IMG/VR virus record: IMGVR_UViG_3300006927_002472
Span: 1-42,695 of that record
Source: a virus
Lineage: Duplodnaviria; Caudoviricetes
Reading direction: 5' to 3' (one strand)
Length of the DNA stretch: 42,695 nt
Shown here: in pieces, positions 36,935 to 42,695 of the stretch
How the letters are laid out: each line of letters begins with the position of its first letter
Position numbering within the stretch: the stretch's first letter is position 1
Program-made: the position numbers and the translations under genes
The notes under the pieces: model-generated
Database searches by the model: none
What the model saw: only the letters and a program-made list of their open reading frames with translations
Told to the model about the DNA's origin: nothing

Positions 36935-37326
36935 TTACCCCATTTTCCTCGTGATACTATAGTAGCCATAACCCCATAATTCGAAACATCTAAATAAGCA
37001 TCTTCTAATGGTTCATCTTTTACAGCTTGTTTACCACCATTTAATAACAATGTTTTAATTCTCTGAATTTTATCATTCATTCGAAAAAATAAACCTTGAA
37101 GTGATAACTTTACTTCTGCCTCAGTTTGTAATTGCGTACCGACTGAAATATTACCAGGACCATAATCGTGTTGTTTGTGAAGAAATAACTCATATTGTTC
37201 TCGTTGAATCTTCTTAAACTCTTGTGTCATCTCAGGCCATTCAAGTTCCATTTGTTCAACTATTGTCAAATCAGGATTATTTTTTGCATACTTTTTGACT
37301 GTTTTAGAGTCTGTTATAACTTTCAT
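36931..37326 (-). CDS. Nucleotide modification associated domain 1 (DUF1599) protein
   Basis: LF..KQHDYG, RMNDKIQR, E..ED...D..NY. Confidence 0.78.
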   Translation of the reverse strand: MKVITDSKTVKKYAKNNPDLTIVEQMELEWPEMTQEFKKIQREQYELFLHKQHDYGPGNISVGTQLQTEAEVKLSLQGLFFRMNDKIQRIKTLLLNGGKQAVKDEPLEDAYLDVSNYGVMATIVSRGKWGK

Positions 37327-37838
37327 CCTACTTCGCCTGCAGTATAGCCTCCAATAGTACCAAGTACATTCAATCCAGCCTCTTCTATTTTTTCAGGTTC
37401 AACACCCCACTTTTGGCAGAGCTGTCCTAATTCTAACATACCACCTTCTGTAAGCATATACATTTCAATCATATCATATGCTTCTTTTTTACTAACCTCT
37501 TCGTGATTAGCTACTATATTAATTAACCAATTTGGATAATCCATTTGATTTCTCCCTTTTACATATTTTAAATATTGTCTACTTTTTGGTAAAATATTTA
37601 TATAAAGTTTATATAAATCTTTTGATTGTAAATTATACTTTTGTAACTCATTTACTACTTCTACCCATTCCATTTTCATAGATAAAAATCTATGTATCAT
37701 ATAATTAGACCAAGTTTTTTTATCCTCTACAGAAAGTGTATCCCAATAATTAGGTTTCTGAATCGTTGTTACTTGATTCAGATGTTGGAATAGATTTTTC
37801 TTCTTTACTGTTTGAGGTTTTTTTATAGTCCGTTTCAT
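37323..37838 (-). CDS. Clamp loader A subunit (T4 gp62-like)
   Basis: LF.HLN, YMIHRFLSM, VNE.Q, LY...LPK...Y.KY; lies near clamp and clamp loader; start ATG 37838 or GTG 37847. Confidence 0.72.
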   Translation of the reverse strand: MKRTIKKPQTVKKKNLFQHLNQVTTIQKPNYWDTLSVEDKKTWSNYMIHRFLSMKMEWVEVVNELQKYNLQSKDLYKLYINILPKSRQYLKYVKGRNQMDYPNWLINIVANHEEVSKKEAYDMIEMYMLTEGGMLELGQLCQKWGVEPEKIEEAGLNVLGTIGGYTAGEVG

Positions 37839-38010
37839 AAAATCCACTACCTTTAAATATAACTGATGTTTTCGAAAACTTCTTTTTCATTTCAGAATTA
37901 CAAAAATAGCCTTTAGATTCTTTATGACATTTTAATGGTAAAGCATCTATAGGTTGTAATACTTCTTCTTGATGTCCACAAGTTGGACAAACATACTCAT
38001 AAATCGGCAC
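37750..38010 (-). CDS. FmdB-family zinc-ribbon protein
   Basis: MPIYEYVCPTCGH..E.LQ, second Cys pair, FKGSGFYETDY. Confidence 0.85.
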   Translation of the reverse strand: MPIYEYVCPTCGHQEEVLQPIDALPLKCHKESKGYFCNSEMKKKFSKTSVIFKGSGFYETDYKKTSNSKEEKSIPTSESSNNDSET

Positions 38011-38287
38011 GAAATAACTTATCCTCTTTAGGTTCTTCGTCTACCTCAGTTACCCCAGAGCCTTCTAACATTGATTTAGGAACTCTACCGCAATTTCCAC
38101 AACTATAAACATCAATCGGTATTAATGCTTCTTCACCTGTAGGCGAAACTATAGGTGATAATCTTTTTATAATTGTAGAACCAATAAATAAATAGTTTCC
38201 ACAATGTTCACATTTCATAGTTTCTGCTTGTGTTAAATCTACTTTAACTTGTGCTTTTGGTAATGGTTTTTTTGGATGCATACTCAT
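37997..38287 (-). CDS. Hypothetical zinc-ribbon protein
   Basis: CEHC and CGNC pairs; ATGA overlap with clamp-loader stop. Confidence 0.75.
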   Translation of the reverse strand: MSMHPKKPLPKAQVKVDLTQAETMKCEHCGNYLFIGSTIIKRLSPIVSPTGEEALIPIDVYSCGNCGRVPKSMLEGSGVTEVDEEPKEDKLFRADL

Positions 38288-39198
38288 TTTATTACTCCTA
38301 ATAGTTCAATTAACATAGCCATAACATTAATCTCTTTATCAACTACTTGACTATCTGATAATTCATACTTCGCTATCACTAAAATACATTCTGCTATATG
38401 TCCTTGTCCATAAGAATCAACTTCATCATATAATAATCTAAATAAATCTGCGAAATCTCTAATCTGTGAATCTGTTATTAATTGTCTTATGTTTTTAAAT
38501 GCATTTTTCTTATCTTGTGTTTTTAATATTTCTAATAATTTTAATTTATAATCATTTTGAATGATACTACCAGTATCTAATTTTAAAGATTTATTAACAA
38601 CATTTCTTTGTGAAGTATTTATAACTTTTCTTATATCTGGATAAGTTCCATTTACAATAGTAGCTACATCATCTACCTCAAATTTTACATTCTCATTCTG
38701 TAGTATATTTGATAAATGTACTGCTACTTCTTTCTTTGATGGTGGAATAATCTGAAATGATTGACAACGAGATTGTATCGGATCAATAATTCTCTCTACA
38801 TAATTACAAGTCAATATAAATCTACAATGTTTACTAAATGTTTCCATTAAATTACGTAGTGCTGCCTGTGCATTAGGTGTGATGTAATCACATTCATCTA
38901 AAATAATTATTTTAAAATCTTTAAAACCTACTGTAGAAGCAAAATTCTTTACTTTAGTTCTAACTGTATCTACATTATTTTCATCACTCGCATTTATATA
39001 AAGATAATCACATTCGATATTCTTTACAAGAATTTTGGCGAGAGTGGTCTTACCTGTACCGGCTCTTCCATATAATAAAAGATGCGGTAAGTCTCCACTC
39101 TCGAGGTAAACTGATACTTTATCGAGTAGGTGTTCGTTCCCGATATAAGTATCAATAGATGAAGGCCGATATTTTTCAACCCATAAAGTATTTGACAT
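38284..39198 (-). CDS. Clamp loader AAA+ subunit (T4 gp44/RFC small subunit-like)
   Basis: WVEKYRP, G.AGTGKTT, INASDE, ILDECD, AQAALR, FILTCNY, SRC motif. Confidence 0.95.
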   Translation of the reverse strand: MSNTLWVEKYRPSSIDTYIGNEHLLDKVSVYLESGDLPHLLLYGRAGTGKTTLAKILVKNIECDYLYINASDENNVDTVRTKVKNFASTVGFKDFKIIILDECDYITPNAQAALRNLMETFSKHCRFILTCNYVERIIDPIQSRCQSFQIIPPSKKEVAVHLSNILQNENVKFEVDDVATIVNGTYPDIRKVINTSQRNVVNKSLKLDTGSIIQNDYKLKLLEILKTQDKKNAFKNIRQLITDSQIRDFADLFRLLYDEVDSYGQGHIAECILVIAKYELSDSQVVDKEINVMAMLIELLGVIK

Positions 39199-39926
39199 TA
39201 ATCAACTTCACTCGCTGCTACTAACCAATAAGTAGATGTAAAATTATCTATCTTAAAACTAATCTTTGCCAAACCTTCACTTGCAATTTGTAATAATGCG
39301 CTTTCACATTCTTTATTCGCACTCAGTACTTCTTTAAATAGATTGGCATTGAAAGAAATGTTATCAATTTTTTCAAATTCTGTAGTTGTTACAGGAATAA
39401 CAACTCTATTTGTATTTACAGCTGAATAACCAATAACTAATTTAGCTGACGTTTCATCTGTAATTACAGTAAATGTATCTGTCTCAACTAATGCTGACTT
39501 ACCGTGAATGAACTTATTAATAAGTTGTGAAGTTACATTTATACCCAGTTCAAAATTAGGTATATTTTTTAATTGAGGTGGTTCATTAATAATAGATGTA
39601 TCACTTAACATATAATTAACAGAAGAATATGCATCTGATAATCTAATTGATATAGCCTTATCACCTGCCTTATTTATAGAAAATTCAATGTTCTCATCTA
39701 ATACAGACAACAACCTTAATAATTGTTCAGTATCATAAACACCTATATCTGCTTCTTCATAATTCCAACTATCCATTTTCACTACACCCAACAAACTTTT
39801 ATCACCTGATACAAATCTTGTACCTAATTGTTGAGTAGATGCACTACTATTGAATACTACTGAATCTACTGTGCCATTTAGATAGTACTTATTTATAAAA
39901 CGTACTAACTTTTGTTTATTTATCAT
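39198..39926 (-). CDS. Sliding clamp (T4 gp45/PCNA-like)
   Basis: 242 aa between PolB and clamp loader; GVYD...LL..LS, EGL..I.F and terminal Y.LVA; AGGAG RBS. Call rests largely on size and synteny. Confidence 0.78.
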   Translation of the reverse strand: MINKQKLVRFINKYYLNGTVDSVVFNSSASTQQLGTRFVSGDKSLLGVVKMDSWNYEEADIGVYDTEQLLRLLSVLDENIEFSINKAGDKAISIRLSDAYSSVNYMLSDTSIINEPPQLKNIPNFELGINVTSQLINKFIHGKSALVETDTFTVITDETSAKLVIGYSAVNTNRVVIPVTTTEFEKIDNISFNANLFKEVLSANKECESALLQIASEGLAKISFKIDNFTSTYWLVAASEVD

Positions 39927-39949
39927 AACTTCTCCTGTTAATTATAACC

Positions 39950-39966
39950 ATATATACATATATATT
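39950..39966. promoter_or_regulatory. 17-nt pseudo-palindromic motif, copy 2 (opposite orientation)
   Basis: ATATATACATATATATT on + strand, intergenic, upstream of the clamp RBS; reverse complement of 35226-35242. Confidence 0.5.
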
Positions 39967-39983
39967 GATTAACTTATTGAAAA

Positions 39984-42491
39984 TCAAAAAAATCTTTCTA
40001 TTGTTTTAGATGAATCTGTTGGTTCATCCCAATTCATACTACCATATAACATCATAATTTTTTTGTGTAATGCTTGTTTATAAATTTTATCATAATTTAT
40101 ATATTGACGTATAAAGTTCAATATATCAATAGGATCTTCATATCCTTTATAAGCAATAGTATCTAATCCCAACGGATTTTGTTTCAGATAAACCCATTTA
40201 ATTTTATCACCATTAGCTATTGGTTTATATCTCTTTGATATTTTTTTATATTTTAAAAAATCATTATAATATAAAGAACTTTTTACGTGAACTGGTGTTC
40301 CTAACCGATGAGATTTAAATATATCACCCTCTTTATTTCTATATTTAAGAATACCCTTTACACTTGTCGGTATTGCTATCTTATCAAACTCCATAAGTTT
40401 CATACTATTTTTAAAATTAATAATAAACTTATCTAACTTATCTTTTGGTACATCCATTAAAATATCTTCTAATAATTTACTTAACATCTCTCTCATAGCT
40501 ACAGGAAAACTTGAACGAACTGTATCTAAACCTTTTACCATTAATTTATTTACTTTTCTACCAGTATCGTTAATAATCTTTAATCCATATCTTTTCTTTG
40601 TAACGAATAAACCACTCTTCGCTATAACTTCTTGTTTAATTTCAAACCTATGTTTATCTAAATTACAAAATTTCTTAGCAAAATATTCATAACTTTTATT
40701 TAAATACTTCTGAACATCATCAGCTATATCAAGTATTTGTTTCATCATAAACTCGTCATTAAATTTACCACTTTCCATCATTTTAGGAAATCGTTTCTTC
40801 ACTAAAGGTGTAGCTGAATAAAAAACTGAATCAGTATCAATATAAATACAATGATCTGTAGTATCACCGAGTTCTTTATTATAATAGTGGTTTGTAATCT
40901 TCTTAGTAAATTTTATTAAAGACTGTCCTGTATATGTAACCGCTTCAGCGTTATCAACATCATAAAATCTAAATACTGGTAAACCTAAAACACCATACAA
41001 ACTATTCAATACCACTTTCTGTAAATACTGTCTTCTATCAAAATATTCTGATTTTTCTTTATCTCCTTGTTCATAAAACTTTTTAGATAATTTACGGTAT
41101 TCAACTCGTTCATCAAACCATTTTCTCAACAATGCTGCTAACAATCCATCTTTATCTGTCCGGTACATTACACCGTTTGTTGCAACACCTATGTTTTCAT
41201 TCTCTAACATATTCTTTAATTCTGTTTCAGTATATTTACCTAAAAATTTACTGTTATGAGTTAATGAATAAGTTTTTTTATTATCTTTTTTTAAAAATTC
41301 TTCTGGATTCCATCCTTCAATTTTACCAAGTTTAGTTTCCGGTGATATGTTCAATGACATAATACATGACGGATACATAGAAGTAATATCTAAATCATAA
41401 ACCCAATCATGTTTACCTCGTTGTGGTTCTTGAACATATGCTCCAACAAATTTTTCTATTTTTTTAGTATCTTCTTTTTTAGGTTTATTAGGTGCAACAA
41501 TATTATTTTTTCTGAGATAAACTAAAATAGCTCCTTCTAAATAACGTGATGACATAAATACATTTTCATACGGTATATGACCTAAATGAGCTAATCCTCT
41601 AGCGATACCTATAAAATCTAATTTATCATCAAGTTTTTTAACAAGTTTTACATCCTGTAAATTATACTCTACAAATGTTTTTAAATCATTATCATATAAA
41701 TCATTTAGTGTACCTTCATATGAAACTTTTTTCTCTCCCAACTCATATTCACTTATCGCGTCTAATCTATACGATGGTCTTTCACTAAATGTAAATCTTT
41801 TATACAAAGCTAAATAATCTAAAACACTAACACCTGCAATTTTATATCTCTTAACAAAATCACTCCATTGAACAATACCAATCGGTGATAAAAAATTAGA
41901 TATTGTTTGACCTACAATTTGAACTGCTCTATTATACAAATAACTTATATCAAAAAATTCTACATTCCATCCTGTTAAAATTGTAGGTTGGATTTCTTTA
42001 TACTTTATAAAAAACTGTTGTAATAATTCGAACTCACTTGTAAATGTTTTTACTATAACATCTTCATCGAAATCTTTATCTAACTTCATCTCTTCATCAA
42101 GAACATAACAATAATATTTACCTATTATTGAATCATTAAATGCTATTGAAGTTATTTTGTTTTCAGCCTTTTCTATATCTGGAAATCCATCTGTAACTTC
42201 AACTTCAATATCAAAAATCATTACTTTATGACCTATAGATATATCATCTGAATCAGTATAGTTATCAACTAATACTCTAATCTCTGGATTCACATCTGAT
42301 TCAAATAACTCTGGTTGGTCAGCATCCCACTTACCTATTCTTTTTAATTTATCACCATATAGTGATATATGAGTACCTATCTTATTTTTAACGTAGGCAT
42401 ATTTTTTATAACGAAAGTTTTTATAACCAAACTTATCGTCCCAAATATGCATTTTATTTGATCTTCTATCGTAAAATATATTCTGGTAAAT
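39984..42491 (-). CDS. DNA polymerase family B (T4 gp43-like)
   Basis: Exo I FDIE, Exo II GWN..FFD..YL, Exo III YN..DV, motif A DITSMYPS, motif B K..LNSLYG, motif C YIDTDS. Start extended to ATT 42491 behind GAGGTG; the first ATG is 42452. Confidence 0.95.
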   Translation of the reverse strand: MYQNIFYDRRSNKMHIWDDKFGYKNFRYKKYAYVKNKIGTHISLYGDKLKRIGKWDADQPELFESDVNPEIRVLVDNYTDSDDISIGHKVMIFDIEVEVTDGFPDIEKAENKITSIAFNDSIIGKYYCYVLDEEMKLDKDFDEDVIVKTFTSEFELLQQFFIKYKEIQPTILTGWNVEFFDISYLYNRAVQIVGQTISNFLSPIGIVQWSDFVKRYKIAGVSVLDYLALYKRFTFSERPSYRLDAISEYELGEKKVSYEGTLNDLYDNDLKTFVEYNLQDVKLVKKLDDKLDFIGIARGLAHLGHIPYENVFMSSRYLEGAILVYLRKNNIVAPNKPKKEDTKKIEKFVGAYVQEPQRGKHDWVYDLDITSMYPSCIMSLNISPETKLGKIEGWNPEEFLKKDNKKTYSLTHNSKFLGKYTETELKNMLENENIGVATNGVMYRTDKDGLLAALLRKWFDERVEYRKLSKKFYEQGDKEKSEYFDRRQYLQKVVLNSLYGVLGLPVFRFYDVDNAEAVTYTGQSLIKFTKKITNHYYNKELGDTTDHCIYIDTDSVFYSATPLVKKRFPKMMESGKFNDEFMMKQILDIADDVQKYLNKSYEYFAKKFCNLDKHRFEIKQEVIAKSGLFVTKKRYGLKIINDTGRKVNKLMVKGLDTVRSSFPVAMREMLSKLLEDILMDVPKDKLDKFIINFKNSMKLMEFDKIAIPTSVKGILKYRNKEGDIFKSHRLGTPVHVKSSLYYNDFLKYKKISKRYKPIANGDKIKWVYLKQNPLGLDTIAYKGYEDPIDILNFIRQYINYDKIYKQALHKKIMMLYGSMNWDEPTDSSKTIERFF

Positions 42492-42585
42492 TATACACCT
42501 CTATTGTGTTTTGCTATAACGTGTGATTTTATATTATTTGTAGATATTTTTTTATCACAAAAATTACATTAATTTTTATAGTCTA

Positions 42586-42615
42586 AATATACGAATAAAA
42601 ACCTATACAAGTCAA
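42586..42615 (-). promoter_or_regulatory. Sigma70-like promoter upstream of DNA polymerase
   Basis: TTGACT (42615-42610), 18-nt spacer, TATATT (42591-42586) on minus strand, in the largest intergenic gap. Confidence 0.65.
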
Positions 42616-42695
42616 GCGTTTTTTACGGGTTCTCCAGGTAATTCACACGCGTCATTATTACAAAACTTATCTACTTCTGCTTCTTCACCTTCAAC
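42612..42695 (-). CDS. nrdJ: C-terminal tail of class II ribonucleotide reductase (partial)
   Basis: Hand translation VEGEEAEVDKFCNNDACELPGEPVKNA-stop; terminal FC..D.CE cysteine pair typical of monomeric B12-dependent RNR. Only 27 residues visible. Confidence 0.65.
   Translation of the reverse strand, partial: VEGEEAEVDKFCNNDACELPGEPVKNA

Noticed and set aside
39927-39990. Sigma70 promoter for the clamp gene (TATAAT near the RBS, TTGATT further upstream)
   Set aside because: The two hexamers are not at a compatible spacing and such matches are frequent in AT-rich DNA.
39975-39995. Homopolymer frameshift at the polymerase end (one fewer T would give RFFDFQ-stop)
   Set aside because: The existing IERFF-stop is already a sensible clamp-binding terminus; cannot be tested without reads.
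132-41335. All plus-strand ORFs in the supplied track
   Set aside because: Each lies antisense to a well-supported minus-strand gene, is short and carries no recognisable motif; treated as shadow ORFs.
38284-42491. Inteins or introns in polymerase or clamp loader
   Set aside because: Sizes are ordinary and catalytic motifs are uninterrupted.
157-42614. Stop-codon reassignment as in some large phages
   Set aside because: Genes are full length under the standard code, and TAG and TGA both end genes at coupled junctions (TAG at 17001 and 27282; many ATGA overlaps).
42580-42615. Host assignment from promoter and RBS style
   Set aside because: GGAG/GAGG sites and a TTGACT/TATATT promoter indicate a Shine-Dalgarno-using bacterium but are too generic to name a host.

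Overview
Strongly AT-rich window in which every credible gene lies on the minus strand, with genes tightly coupled (ATGA/TAATG/TAGTG overlaps) under the standard code. It reads as part of a large dsDNA phage genome. In transcription order (right to left): the tail of a class II ribonucleotide reductase, a sigma70-like promoter, family-B DNA polymerase (probable ATT start), sliding clamp, two clamp-loader subunits, Zn-ribbon proteins, a DUF1599/Nmad1 protein, a Cas4/RecB-like nuclease and a SLOG protein. A ~35 kb, ~45-gene glycan-biosynthesis island follows and runs off the left edge. The island holds about 17 glycosyltransferase-like genes, three methyltransferase domains, a sulfotransferase, APS kinase, a deacetylase and several nucleotide-sugar modules. 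One module is a four-gene set matching actinomycete daunosamine/vancosamine-type 3-amino-2,3,6-trideoxysugar synthesis; another is a NeuB/KdsA-free candidate CMP-ulosonic-acid module containing YjbQ. No flippase, polymerase, ABC exporter or initiating phosphoglycosyl transferase is visible, which points to glycosylation of a soluble target (virion protein or DNA). All family calls come from motif recognition by eye; no database searches were run. No tRNA, rRNA, CRISPR array, intein or IS element was recognised.
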